A stretch of 62,762 nucleotides of DNA, counting the filler, from Collodictyon triciliatum (lineage: Eukaryota): NCBI GenBank assembly GCA_043381765.1. It is 7 parts of 7 records of this genome, joined end to end, with 100 filler letters (N's around TTAATTAATTAA, not from the genome) between each part and the next. Parts side by side here need not be neighbours in the genome. Positions count along the whole stretch, not along the records: positions 16,699 to 30,559 come from JBHJMP010000594.1; positions 30,660 to 41,715 come from JBHJMP010000596.1; positions 41,816 to 47,896 come from JBHJMP010000597.1; 4 more parts are not named here. One strand, given 5' to 3'. The notes beneath the pieces were generated by a model. That model did no database searches. It was not told the origin of the DNA and saw only the letters and a program-made list of their open reading frames with translations. A program made the position numbers and the translations under genes. Below are positions 29,838-45,369 of this stretch, piece after piece; the stretch's first letter is position 1; each line of letters opens with the position of its first letter.

Positions 29838-31916
29838 ATGCTCGCATAGAGGAAAACAAACAAAAGCGCAGCCGCCTACAGTTGGGCAGTAATTTCTTAT
29901 ATCGCTGCATTAAATAGACAAGAGAAAAGGGTGCCGCTGCTTGCCGTGATATGTTGCGATACGAGACAAGTAGAATGGTGCAGAACTTTGCTGCTTGTGA
30001 TAAGAGGCAAAATATAAAAATAAAAAAAAAATAGTTTGTTCGGTCGTGACTTTCTGATGGCAAAGTATTCATTGCAAATGCGGAATTTAAAGCTCCATAT
30101 ATCTTTAAACTCATTTTGTGATTAAATTATATCAAGATGCCAAAATTTATTGCAAAAATATATTTAATACTTTTTGTATATGTTTGATTTTTGGTGATAG
30201 GGCGTTGTCATGTTTCCTTCGCATGGTTTGCCCACCATTCAAGCGCTTTGACTCTGATCATGATGGAAGGAAAAACCCAAAAGCTTTGGAAAGCCCAGGG
30301 CGTGCGGGATGAGGGAGTGTTTCTAAACAGGCGAATCTTTGCCAATCTGTGGTTTTCCGTTGTTGTTTTATGTTCTTTGTCAAAGGAAGCGAGCGTCAAA
30401 GTCACAGGGCTATAGAGAAAGGATTCTACATAGGCAACCTTGCCGTCAGACGAAAGCGGGACCCCAGCTGTGAGAGATTACTTCCAATCTCTACGCACGC
30501 ATGCGCATCAGCATAATCGTGGATTCACGCTGGATGTTGTAGCTGGCCAGTGTGCGCCCNNNNNNNNNNNNNNNNNNNNNNNNNNNNNNNNNNNNNNNNN
30601 NNNTTAATTAATTAANNNNNNNNNNNNNNNNNNNNNNNNNNNNNNNNNNNNNNNNNNNNTGTTTTTTTTGTTTTTTGTTTTTTTGTTTTTTTGTTTTTTT
30701 GTTTTTTTGTTTTTATTTTTCCTCTTATTTTTCCTCTTATTTTTCCTTCCCTTTTTTTTATTTCTCCTTTCAACTTTTTTTTTCCTTCTCCTTATTTTCC
30801 TTCTATTGCGTGTGTGCCCCTTCTCAAACCGCTTCCATCTTTGCGGCAACACAGAGAATATGAGACAAATGAATCTGAAGAGGAAGAGAAAAGGAAGAGA
30901 AAAGAAACAAAGAAGCAGACACAGAAACGGGTCAATCAACAAGCCCCACTCCTGCAAATGAAAAAGGCCGATCCAAAGCACGTTGAAAGCAGGCGATCAA
31001 ACAGGCCCGCCCGCTCATCCGCCCGCGCGGCGATCCGCAAGGACGCGATAAGGACGCGCGGGTGCGGCGGCTCCAAACAGAGGCGCCTGAATGGACGAAA
31101 GGCGGATTTGCGGTGGTTGGGTTTGTCGTTGCCCGGCTTCGCGCACAAACGGCATTTTCTTCATTTGGTGGATTTCAGTGTTTGTTCGGGCGCCAGAAAT
31201 ATGCCCATTCGGGCCGCTTGTTCAACGACCAGTCGCACACCGCACCACGGAATTTGCCCAGTATGTACCATTTCTATGAAGAATGTAATTTCTGCATAGA
31301 TTGGAAATCAAATTATATTGTACAATCCCCTAATTGGTTTCTTTGATATAACGTTGCCGCCAATATTAATGGAGTAATAGATATATCTTGTATATATCAA
31401 GGTATTATATGTGTATTAAAATTTAATATATTCACAATAAGATGGTAAATTATTATTATAATTATATATTCCGCAATTATGTAATAAACACGTTTTGGCA
31501 CCAGATTTTCGTCTTAATGCGAGCAACGCTTCCGAATCGAGGTCATTTCTTTAATTCCTTTCCGTGCGGGAAAAGAAAAAGCGGCCGTTAATTGGGTTTT
31601 TTAGATGGATTTTCATTTTGGGTGCCGAGGGTGTTGAATCGTGGACTCGCGAGGGCTTGGGGAGGGCCGTTATAAACTCGGCAAGATTTTAAAAAGCAAC
31701 GTCCAGGGAGCGCAAACGGACGCTGTGCTGTATCTTCTCTTTGGATGTTGCCTCATGCGCTAAAGGGTGGTGGTTGGTTGGTAATCACTTGAGGATTATT
31801 TTTCTCTGGTGTCCTCCGTTATATTCCCCCACAGGGCATAATTATTACTGCATACAGGTTCATAAACATAAGCGCCGACTGGTTCAACCCGGGAACAATT
31901 ATTTACACAAAAACAG

Positions 31917-32347
31917 TTGTACAGTCACAAGGGGACATATGCTGTGGCCCTTATGTAGTGTGCGCGCGCATTCTCTCGCTCCAATGATTCGCCCGAACGA
32001 GAAATCAATGTATCCAGACTTGAAAGCCTCGTGCAATACAGCTTCCTCAACAGCCTGCTGAGACACGCTCGCATTCTTCTCTACTCTGACCGCAAGCGAA
32101 GAGAGATGTGGGAAATGAGTCGTGCGATATCTCCCACAGCACATCCAACCGCTGCTACTCACGCAGCCAATCAACCAGTTGGGACGCCTACCTGACCAGC
32201 TCGCTATCATTGATTTCTTTCCGGTGCTACCCTCTCCACGGTAGGGTCTTGTCTTACTCGCGTTTGCTCTACCATGCGCACCTATCCCGCCCCTTTGTAT
32301 GGCATAACCTCGCTGCACCTTCAATCGAATAAAGGAAAAAAGAAAAA
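31917..32347 (+). mobile_element. 5'-truncated L1-like non-LTR retrotransposon remnant (end of ORF2 + 3'UTR + poly-A)
   Basis: Strong similarity to 35900-36185; ends ccttcaatcgaataaaggaaaaaagaaaa...; candidate TSD aaaaacag (31909-31916 / 32348-32355); degenerate coding (VTRGHMLW..., RLESLVQYSFLNSLLRHARILLYSDRKRREMWE). Confidence 0.75.
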
Positions 32348-32424
32348 AAAAACAGCAACAATAAACAGGCTACAGTAGGTTTCCTGAAAACACATTTAAT
32401 GCGGAGAGGCCAGATACTTCAGGC

Positions 32425-33704
32425 CTATTCGTTGACAAGTTTCTTGAGATTTTCGATTTGGCTAGTCATTTGCTTATGGCGTCCTTGCAACTCGCTCAGC
32501 CTATCGGTCATCACTTCGAGATCATTCTATTTTAACAAAGAGTAATAAGCTATGGGTAAGGAGCGACAATGCAGATTTTTTCAGATTAAGGAATACGACA
32601 CTCCATAGGTACAGTTCGATAAGAAAATATTCCTGTATTAACACGCAAAGCACCTTCCGCTGCTCAAAATCTCTGAGCAAATCATCAGCCCCAACGAGTC
32701 CACTTTGCTGCCTAAGACGCATATTATCCATTCGAAGCTGGTCCCGGTCTTTTTTGGCCTTAGAAAGCATATCACGGTGTCCAGCCACCTTTGTTTCCAA
32801 TTCGGACAGCTCTCTCTTCAGCTCCAAATTTTCTCCCTTATACCGTCAAAACGAGAATTAATCGCGAGGCAAATTATAACCAATCAAGCCTGTACAATAA
32901 GGAGAGCTGATTATGATACCTGTACAAATTGTAGCTTTTCTTTCAGATGTGTTAAAACTTGGACTGTGTTTGTGATTTTCTTTCGAAGTTTCAGTAGTTC
33001 CTAATGTTTTTTTTAAAGATAATATAATCAGTGGCAGATGTATGATCTAAATGTATGGATATACTTAGTTTATTCATGTTGAGAGAAAATTCGGCTTTCA
33101 ACACAAACTCACTTCGTTTCGCTCCTCAATTTTCTCATTATAGGTCTGATTTTCGATTTTTAGCTGTTCGAAATCGATTAGATGGAGATTATCAGCCAGT
33201 TCTTCCTACAAGAAAAGACAAGTTAAAAATATTAAAACATATTGTGATGGGATATTCTCATGCGTTTTTGAGATGATTTAAACATCAACTGCATTTCTTA
33301 GCAAACCTTCTGCCTCAGTGATAACTCCAACTTTTTCATCAAATTTCTCAGAGTGATGTTCTTCAATCGCACCTTGTGAACATCTTGGTCTTTCTTAGCT
33401 TCCAGTTGCTCAAACTTTGGTTATAATAAATAGTTGATTTACTAAACACGGGATGTCGATGTCTCACGATTTGATCAATACTATTGAAAGATGGAACACT
33501 TCTTTCACCTGTGTCACTATTTTTGGCGGTATTCCTTTCCCTGTTCTGCTATTTACCGCAGACAGAGCTATTCTTCTCTTGAAAATCATAAAAGAATTCT
33601 TCACTTCAATAGCTCTTGCTTCCTACATAATTGCAAAGGATAACAAATTAGCGAAGTTGGGTTCCTATCAACGAAATAAAAACACAACACACATATCCAC
33701 AACC

Positions 33705-33749
<45 letters not shown>

Positions 33750-35069
33750 AGTCATTGTACTTTCAAATATAAGAATAAAAGGTAAGCATATGAGCTACCT
33801 TTTCATCAACTTTAGATTTCAGATCCATAGATGCTCGGTCACATTGATCCTTCACTCTTTGGAGCTCATCTCTTAATTCATCCAGACCGGCAAGACACTT
33901 CATGTATCTTTGCTCTTGGTCAGCAACATTCTTCTCTGCTTCTCGTAGGTCTTCCGTCTGGGCGGTTTGAAATAAGTTTGGAAAACAAAATGTAGGGTAT
34001 GTTCGTCCAGTATATAATACACGACACGGAGTGAATAAAGGGAGTCACTTTTTTTGATGCGAAATATTGTGCTAGCTTTCTCTCTAAATTCGTTCTCTGC
34101 GCGAGAAGCTGTTCTCTTTCTTCAGATGCCTCAGAGAACATTTCATTCACACTATCTCGGACTCCCTTTTCATCGACGCTCATCCGTCCTAGGTAGTGAC
34201 ATAAAATACTGACAGAGTCAAAATAATATGTATATAACCAAGCAAATTTGAAAATAAGAATAAAGAGATGCTACACGGAAAACAACAAGAACAAGAACAA
34301 GAACAAGAACAAGAACAAGAACAAGAACAAGAGCAAGAGCAAGAGCAAGAGCAAGAGCAAGAGCAAGAGCAAGAGCAAGAGCAAGAGCAAGAGCAAGAGC
34401 AAGAGCAAGAACAAGAGCGAGAACAGAAACAACAGACATACGCCCACCTTTCGTATCTACACGAATCTCTGTTGGCGTCATGATACCACTGCGAAGATCT
34501 TGATTACTAACGAGCTCTTCAGGATAGCTTTTATCTGAGCCCGGGCGTCTGTCGGCTGTTTGCTTCGGAGCATATGCCGTATCTACACCTGAGGTATCCA
34601 TAATGCCATCGCCGAAATTCCCGATAGGTTCCGTGTCCAAGGCACCTTCCAAGGGTTCTTCCGGAGCTAAAGCTTCGTGCTCGTCTTTTTCATCCTCGGA
34701 ATCTTGCAATTCATGGGGCTCCTCCTCTTCGTTTTGGTCGTCATTGCCTTCGTCTTCGTTTAGCTCTTGCTCGGCCTGCTCGCCGTTCTCCTCACCATCA
34801 TTTTCCTGATCAACTTCAACTCCAGCCTCAGCCTCAGCCCCAGCTGCAGAGTCCTCTGTTTGCGGCGTGTCTTCTTGGGCAGAAAAATCTCCAGTATCAT
34901 TAGGTCCTGCGTCGGGTGAACTGTCTGAGCCCGCAATTCCCTCGTTCTGGGCCGCGACAGCTGCTTCGGCTTCCTCCTCAACAATCTCCACAGGATTTGT
35001 TGCGTCCGTTTCAGTTTCTTCTATGTGCTGATCTATGGGTGCTGCCCCGGGATCGTTGCTTTCTTCCAT
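32425..35069 (-). CDS. CCDC96: Cilia/flagella-associated coiled-coil protein CCDC96 (CFAP184, DUF4201)
   Basis: Acidic N-terminus, then DQEQRYMKCL, AVNSRTGKGIP, LHLIDFEQLKIENQTYNEKIEERNEELLKLRKKITNTVQVLTHLKEKLQFV, DDLLRDFE; stop TAG 32427-32425. Confidence 0.9.
34287..34415. repeat. Intronic hexamer array (CAAGAA)n/(CAAGAG)n
   Basis: Directly visible; source of the spurious ALALAL/EQEQ ORFs. Confidence 0.95.
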
Positions 35070-35419
35070 TTCTCTATTTAATATTTTCTGTGCTCTTTCA
35101 ACAAAAGAAGTAAAAGGAAGAAGAAAAGAAAAAGGAAGAAGAAAAAGGAAGAAGAAAAAGGAAGAAGAAAAAGGAAGAAGAAAAAGGAAGAAGAAAAAGG
35201 AAGAAGAAAAGGGAAGAAGAAAAAGGAAGAGGCAGTCAATAAGGCTGAATTATTTCGAGTTCTCCCTACTAAACAAATATACTGCTCGATAGATCACAGT
35301 GACAAGCATTACATATTTCTGGTGGATCTCTGATGTTGCATCTGATCTTTTTTTTGTTAGTTTGGTGTGTTGCGTTATCTACTTGTCTCTATGCTTTCCA
35401 CATCTCAGAGGAATCACTA

Positions 35420-36190
35420 GACCTCCAGCAAACCGTGAGCCGGGGTAGCTAATCTTGAGTTCACAGTAACAAAACCGCCATTTTCAGGTAATTCCTGGAG
35501 CAGCTCTTTCATACCATATTTTCACTCTCGTAACGGATGCATTCAACGGATTCGTAGTACGGTACCCAAGACTCAAGTATTCAAAAGGCTGTGACCTTAT
35601 ATGACATGAATGCTCTCTACCGGGGCAGGCACACGAAGAACCATGTTACTTTAGCACACAGCAAACCTCTCCAGAACGCGATGTATAGTATTGAAAATAG
35701 CTCTATCAAACACACATTTGTTTTCCCCCTTATTCGGTTCAAAGGCCGAACACACATTTATTAAGTGCTCTCTTGCTCAAAAAGTGACAGAGTCTACCCA
35801 CAAGATGCTTTCTGTGCTTGTTTTTGCTCCCTACCGACTCAGCGCGTCTGACATCCTGTTTGGCCCACAATACCAAATGACCCACGACTCTAGAATACTC
35901 TGGACAGTCACAAGGGGACATATGCTGTGGGCCTTATGGAGTGNNNNNNNNNNCTCTGACCGCAAGCGAAGAGAGATGTGGGAATGTGTCGTGCGATATC
36001 TCCCACAGCATATCCAACCCCTGCTGCCCACGCAACCAATCAATCAGTTGGGTCGCCCACCTGACCAACTCGCCATCACTGATTTCTTTCCAGTGCTACT
36101 CTCTCCACGGTAGAGTCTTCTACTCGCGTTTGCTCTCTCCCATGCGCACCTCCGCTTTTGGTACTGCTTATGCTTGCTGCACTTTAAATA
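35420..36190 (+). mobile_element. Degenerate L1-like LINE remnant (zf-RVT-type zinc knuckle region and 3' end); 5' boundary uncertain
   Basis: Encodes EHTFIKCSLAQKV (ExxEHxFxxCxxAxxVW-like), LSASDILFG and HMLWALWS (LWxIW-like) as in L1/Tx1 ORF2 C-termini; homologous to 31917-32347. Confidence 0.65.
35720..35748 (-). mobile_element. Ultra-short retroposon stub nested antisense inside the LINE remnant
   Basis: Minus strand cctttgaaccgaataagggggaaaa between 11-bp TSDs aacacacattt (35709-35719 / 35749-35759). Confidence 0.7.
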
Positions 36191-36597
36191 CAGAAGATGA
36201 GAAGGATTCAACGGGGCATTCTCGTCGCTGCCTCCGTCCTCTTCAGGCATCAATAATCGCGAGCACCGGCCAGAGTGAGTCGAGGGACGGACACCAATAA
36301 GGATCGGGCAACAGCGTGTGAGAAGGGGACTTAAGAGTGGAGTAAAGGTAACATGCTGCGCAGTCTCAGGTAGTGCACTGTTTTATAGGCACCGACTATC
36401 CTCCGGACGGCGATTAACCGAGGGTTTCTCACAAGTAGGCACGCAATTGGGAGACGCAGTCACCACACACAAAGATAGAAGCCAGTGTGGAGCCCTCTTG
36501 ATGAGGAGGGACGTAGGAGGATAAAGCAAAATGTGACGCAGAGCAGACGAAAAGGAAAATAAAAGGGGAAAAGACAAGGAAAGCCTAGTATGTGGGC

Positions 36598-37883
36598 TTA
36601 GTAAGGCTCGTACTGGCGAGGCACACGGGAGCCGCGTGACGCATACATGGGACCCGCGTGGGGGTAGGATGTCGCCGGCGGGACGGCATAAGCAGCATAG
36701 GGAGGCGGATAAGCGGCCGGGACGTAAGCACCAGGCGGTGCAGCGACAGGCACATAGGCTGTCGGTGGGGGATATGGCTGCGCATAGCCGTACGGACCAC
36801 GGCGAGGGCCGCGGGGACCACGAGGACGGCGCGGTGTGTTCGAGTCCGGTGCGTAAGTGCGCTTGGACACAACCTGACATTGGACACGAGTTAAGCTGTG
36901 CAAGAGGTGGGAGAAAAACAAGGCAGGAATATTCCTGCTACCTTCAATGGGCGCTCGAAAAAGACAGAGTCGGTTAAGGTGAGTGCATTAGTGGCACCTT
37001 CCTTAGTGGCAAACTCGATGAAGCCGTATCTATGACATAGATATGGTTGTTCGAAGTAAGGATGCTAGTCTGCTAAGAGACTCAAAAGAGAAATAAAAAG
37101 AAATCGAATGGGTCAAACCCGCGGGGGTGACCAGTTTCTTTGTTCGTGGCGATCGTGACACGGTTGATGGCACCGCAATTGCTAAAGTGATGCTTTAACT
37201 GCTCGGCGGTAGAACGGAATTCGACCTGTGTGGATTTTTATAAAAATAAGGGTGGGACTTAGTAGAGGGCGTGTGCAGCCGGGAGCAAGTATGTGCTTTG
37301 GATGAAAGTCGGTCGTGGGGATACTGACATTTCCTACAAAGACTGAGCGCGAGTCGATCTCCTCGACTACGGTCGGGGCGTTAAATGATCACGGAGAGGA
37401 GAAGAAAAGAAAGTTTCAGTTTCCGTGCCACATGCTTATGAAGCAGCAGCTAAAGAATTGTCCCTACCAGGGCCCTCTATACTAAAATAAAAAAAAAAAC
37501 AATATTGATAATAATAATAAAGGTTTGACGCTTACGCTGTTGAGGGTCAAGACGCGACCTTGGGACAGGGGGTTCCTGGCCAGGCGCTGGGGGTTCGTAG
37601 TAGCTTGTAGATGAGTTCTGCGGGGGGTACGAGTATGCGCGCGGGTTGGGATCGTGTGCGTAGGCAGGCGCGGCAAGTGGAGCAGGAGCAGGGGCCGGAA
37701 CTGGTGTGTGAACTGGTGCTGGCGCAGAAGCAGGGTAGGTGTTCTAGGGAATGAGAGCCGAACAAGCAGAGTAGGTATGGTGAGAAGCCAGAGGCGGGGG
37801 TAGGAAGGCAATTACATTGAAAATCTGGCATTTTTATGTGAATAACGAAGTAAAATTACGGGAAGATAGTCGTAAAAGCTCAT
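36598..37883 (-). CDS. PABPN1: Nuclear poly(A)-binding protein (single RRM, Pro/Arg/Tyr-rich tail)
   Basis: EEIDSRSVFVGN|VEFRSTAEQLKHHFSNCGAINRVTIATNKETGHPRG|YGFIEF...LK|VVSKRT and C-terminal YEPY*. Confidence 0.82.
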
Positions 37884-38969
37884 TTGTTAAACTTTTATTT
37901 CTATGTTTAATTTTTTGTGGGTGCCTTTGTTTATCTTTATTTTTTGTTTTTGTCCGTATATGTGTGCTGTTATTGTGGTGTGTATGGATTTTATGATTAT
38001 TTCTAAAGGATCAGCGAGTCCCGTCTGTGAATATAGTTTTGTCTACGGGTTTCTATGTGTCAGCTTATTTCTTGTCTAAAAGATTGTTTTAGAGTACATG
38101 GAAACACCTGGAAAGAAAGCTTTGAAACGAAAAAGAAGGTGTGAAGTGCTGTGGGAGTCAGTCCCAGTCAAGTTTGACACCGTTAAGCAGTTGAAAGCTT
38201 CCTCCACGCCTTCTTTTTCAGATTTTCAGAGAAGAGACACGTTCAATGTGCAGTGAAGAAGGATCAGTTACCTGACAACGAGGCTCTACTTGCCGGACGC
38301 TACTGAGAGAGCAAACCGAAACGGGTTATCCTGTGTTTGGACGTGTCAGAAACAACTTGTGCCTCTACCTGCCTTGGTTTGCGCTGTTCTTGAACCTCGA
38401 TCACCACCAGCTTTTGTGTTGTGGGAATGAGCGGATGTTGTGGGCGAACTGATTCATCTTGTGGCCTTGCGCAAATAAACCCGAGGGCAGGCCGCTTCGT
38501 CGGCCAATCACAATAATCAACTTCGTAACAATGTTGCACCACGGATTTTTCACTGAATCAGAATGTTCCACAAACCAATGGGGCATGCACAAAAAGAGGA
38601 TGTATTCGTTTATACAGGGGGGAGATTCATGGTTCCCACTTTCCTTCCTCTCATCCTTTCTTTCATCAGCCCACCCGGACAAGCCCCGAGCTGAAATAGT
38701 TGCGACCACCAGTGGATTCTACAAAACTTAGCCGATTCACACATGATTTGCTGGGGCATGGGAGCTGTTTCTCAGGAGTTATTTTGAATACAACTATCGA
38801 GTAACTATGAAAATTTAAATCATTCTTAGTCATTTTCTTTCGCTAAATGCTCAGGTCGAATATTTTAATCGGTCCTTTTGTGCAGTTTGTGAGTCGAGAG
38901 ATGGTTAAGTTTAGAGTTGTGTTCGATGGATAATTTCATGCTAAGCAACCGGCTTCAGTTAAGAATTAA

Positions 38970-41595
<2,626 letters not shown>

Positions 41596-41815
41596 AAGAT
41601 GAAATAATTCATAATTTGAAATTAACTCTACAATCAAAAAAAAAAAAAAAAAGAAAAAAGGAGAAAAACAAAAAAAAAAACCAATCGTCATTTAAAAAGA
41701 AAAGTTTTTAAAAAANNNNNNNNNNNNNNNNNNNNNNNNNNNNNNNNNNNNNNNNNNNNTTAATTAATTAANNNNNNNNNNNNNNNNNNNNNNNNNNNNN
41801 NNNNNNNNNNNNNNN

Positions 41816-42173
41816 ATTCTTTCTTTTTATTGTAGTAATAAAGAGAGCCTAGGAAAAAAAATCATTTTTTCCCTTTTAATTATCGTTCCATTCGATTCAG
41901 AAAATTGCATCGTTTTTTCAGAGTGAGCCAACATTTACATTTCTTGACAGAGTCTGTAAACAAAACTAGTTATGCCTATCTAGATACATTTTTTCTTCCA
42001 CTTGTATGTAGTATTTAGGAGAACAAAAGATGTCATATTGATTTGATTATGGAACAATTCTTTATGAAGAGAACTGTTTAATTCTGGAAGACTTTCCTTA
42101 TAGACTTGTCGTTGAGCGCGACTGAAGGGGCTAAACTACGTCTTTTTTTCCCCCTCTAAGTCCCTTTTGTCTA
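41816..42173 (+). repeat. 358-bp apparently exact duplicate of 44867-45224 (contig overlap, assembly artefact)
   Basis: Identical by eye at constant offset 3051; one copy starts the scaffold and the other ends at a 10-N gap. Confidence 0.92.
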
Positions 42174-42664
42174 GACGGCTGGGCTCAATTCTTTGCGAAT
42201 ATCATGGATTTTCTCATTGATGAAGACCCTATAATCGATATGTATGTAATCAACTAATAATTGTAGTGTCCTTTGGGTATACTTTGCTAATCTCCAATAA
42301 TTCGCTAATGGGATTAATAAAGTAATCCATATAAGTAAAGGCTATTGCTGGTGTGGGTTACACAGCACAGCCATGAATATCGAAAAAATTATGGAATAAT
42401 GGCGAGTCATTCAAACTAGATGACCAGATAATGAACATAGATCTAGCTGAAAATACCCAAGGAAAGCAAAAAAAAAAAAAGAAAAAAAAGTATGCTATGG
42501 AACGTACAATATGCGAGATACTAATTCCTCAACACTCCATCGCGGACTGTAGGGATATTCAGCGTAGGAAACCTGCTTCGGGGCACCTCGAACGAGTAAC
42601 GATGCACCAATGGCGCTTAGGATGAGCTCTGGCTTTTGTTGTGGAAACTGGGCTGGTATCACAA
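42171..42664 (-). CDS. BABAM2: BABAM2/BRE C-terminal exons (displaced by contig mis-ordering)
   Basis: FVIPAQFPQQKPELIL resembles the BRE C-terminal UBC-like region; splices in phase to the exon ending at 45370; stop TAG 42173-42171. Confidence 0.7.
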
Positions 42665-42816
42665 CTATAGAGAAAGTAACAAAATAGTTATGTTATGTCA
42701 AAAGCTGTTCATATACGTTGATGCTAATGATTTTTTCGTTCTATTATTTCATCTGGATTATTTCGGTAACATCATATGAACTTCCTTCTTTTTGAAGTTA
42801 TCAACAAATTTATTGA

Positions 42817-42840
42817 TTTTTTCCTTTATTTGATTCAAAG
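42817..42840 (-). mobile_element. Ultra-short retroposon stub in BABAM2 intron
   Basis: Minus strand ctttgaatcaaataaaggaaaaaa between TSDs caaatttattga (42805-42816 / 42843-42854). Confidence 0.8.
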
Positions 42841-43250
42841 ACCAAATTTATTGACACATACATACATACATACATACATACATACATACATACATACATA
42901 CATACNNNNNNNNNNACATACATACATACATACATACATACATACATACATACATACATACATACTTCTAGACGTATATGTAGTTTAGACATATTAAGAA
43001 TAACAAACCCATCCTATTTAAAAGCTCGACGCTGGTACCAAAATATTTGATTTTCTGTCTCCATCTCGATTACACGGACCCATGCCAAATCCCAAAAAGC
43101 ACGTCGATACTAATCATCTTTATGTATGAGCGAACATCATCGCAATTTGAAGCCCAATACTTGACTGTCATATGCCAATTTTTTTCCGAGCCAAAGTCCT
43201 GGTCAGTCAAATGTCTTATTTATAAATTATTTGCATTCAAACAGAACCCA

Positions 43251-45132
43251 ATGCTGGTCTCTAGAAGTAAATCAACTAATTCACCTCAACGGGGCTTCTC
43301 AAAAGGTAAAGAAAATTTCATTCTCATAGTTTGCATTAAAAAATGAATTTAGATTAAAATGCTTGTCTGTCGATTAATTTCTTGTAATATAAAACCTAGC
43401 ACCAGCGAATGCATATGAAATACGCAATAGAAGCTACACATGCGAAAAATCTTATTTTACTAATTTCTGTCCACTTTTACCTATATCAAATGTATTTACA
43501 TATACTATGCATCAAAGGTGGCGACTCTGGAGCGAAAGAGATTGAAAGACTACAACCGAATGAAGACGCTAATCGCGTCAGGGAAAGAAAAACACCGATA
43601 CGACCAAAAAGTGCGCTCAGAGTCAGTGTTGGCAGTTTGGGCACTCCAACAATCGATTATGTCCCAGATCACCGTACTCTACAGACAAGTATACTGGGCG
43701 TGTAATACGCCAAAGAAATATGAAAATTTACTTACTGGCAATATAGCTAAAAGATGTGAACTTTGAATCGAATAACGGAAAAAATAATTGAAAACTGGCA
43801 TGTCTTTCCATTTTTATTCAAGAATTTTTTTTTGTGAATATAAACATTATAGGTTATCCCAGTTTCGAAAATCTATCCCGACCTAGGTCGCCTGGGGCAG
43901 GTTTTCCTTCAAAGAAAACAAATTTGGCGTATATATTAATCATATCAGACAATACATTTCGATATAGTAAAATCTTCTCGATTGCTCATAGGAAGGTATT
44001 ATACCAAGCCCAAACCCAACCCTGAGATTAAAACTGGTGGATTTGTAGCGATGAAACCAAAGATTCTGACTGACGAGGCACTGAAAAAAACATTGCGAGG
44101 TCGGTCTTCAACATATTTTTCTCCTTTACTTGTTCTGTTCAAAGTTATAATACTTGGAATAGTATATAAGATAAGTTCAATTTTCTTTGATAATTTACAG
44201 TAACCACAAGAGGGAATCATATACTGAAACTTTCGTGTTCAGACCAGTTTATTAAATACGACTTAAATGGGGATGGAGTTATCTCCAGGAAGGAAGCACA
44301 AAAGCTTTTGAGCATCAACGTAGTGAATGCCAATGTAATTTATGCTCCTTCAATTTCAATACTTATTTTTTGAGTATCTTTCAACTCACGAAAAACAGCA
44401 TAAGAGTGTTATCTCAACTATGTCAGTGCACTTTGCTAAAACACCATTCGCAGATTATATATGAAGGCTCCGAAAAATAATCAAAAAATTAATAGGATGT
44501 TGATTTCCGGTTAATCCTCGACTACATTATTCAAAAGATGGACATGGACAATGACAATAAGATATCCTACGAAGAGTACGAACGTTGCGTTCTTAGAGAT
44601 CCGTTATTGCGTGGGTGCTTTGGGTCAACAGGGCTTACTCGAGGTATTTGACGTCAGTTTCTGGAAATCGTGTCCTTGTTGACTTTTCCTAGACGGAAAG
44701 GAGAAAACATACCAAAAGAAAAGAAAAAGGACAGATTCGTGCCAATTTTTTGTTGGTCTTGGTCTTGTGTACTATAAATGCCTTTGATATTTCCTCTACC
44801 CACCCCTCAATCGGCACTTTTGTTCTACATTCCGCGATAAAGAGGAAACTGAGTTTTCTCTACTTCATTCTTTCTTTTTATTGTAGTAATAAAGAGAGCC
44901 TAGGAAAAAAAATCATTTTTTCCCTTTTAATTATCGTTCCATTCGATTCAGAAAATTGCATCGTTTTTTCAGAGTGAGCCAACATTTACATTTCTTGACA
45001 GAGTCTGTAAACAAAACTAGTTATGCCTATCTAGATACATTTTTTCTTCCACTTGTATGTAGTATTTAGGAGAACAAAAGATGTCATATTGATTTGATTA
45101 TGGAACAATTCTTTATGAAGAGAACTGTTTAA
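43251..45132 (+). CDS. EF-hand calcium-binding protein, calaxin/EFCAB1- or NCS-like C-terminal lobe
   Basis: YDLNGDGVISRKE and KMDMDNDNKISYEEYERCVLRDPLLRGCFG; exons join in phase from ATG 43251; 3' exons less certain. Confidence 0.7.
43761..43784 (+). mobile_element. Degenerate retroposon stub (no clear TSD)
   Basis: ctttgaatcgaataacggaaaaaa, one mismatch to the consensus, intronic. Confidence 0.55.
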
Positions 45133-45369
45133 TTCTGGAAGACTTTCCTTATAGACTTGTCGTTGAGCGCGACTGAAGGGGCTAAACTACGTCTTTTTTT
45201 CCCCCTCTAAGTCCCTTTTGTCTANNNNNNNNNNCATACATACATACATACATACATACATACATACATACATACATACATACATACATACATACATACA
45301 TACATACATACATACATACATACATACATACAAAACAAATAAAAAGCCATAGAGTCACAAAATCGTTAC

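Noticed and set aside
31087-31101. ctgaatg...gaaa resembling a hammerhead ribozyme core
   Set aside because: Does not match CUGANGA and lacks stem II.
42916-45224. EF-hand gene nested antisense in a BABAM2 intron with a 358-bp duplication
   Set aside because: Better explained by contig mis-ordering at (CATA)n gaps.
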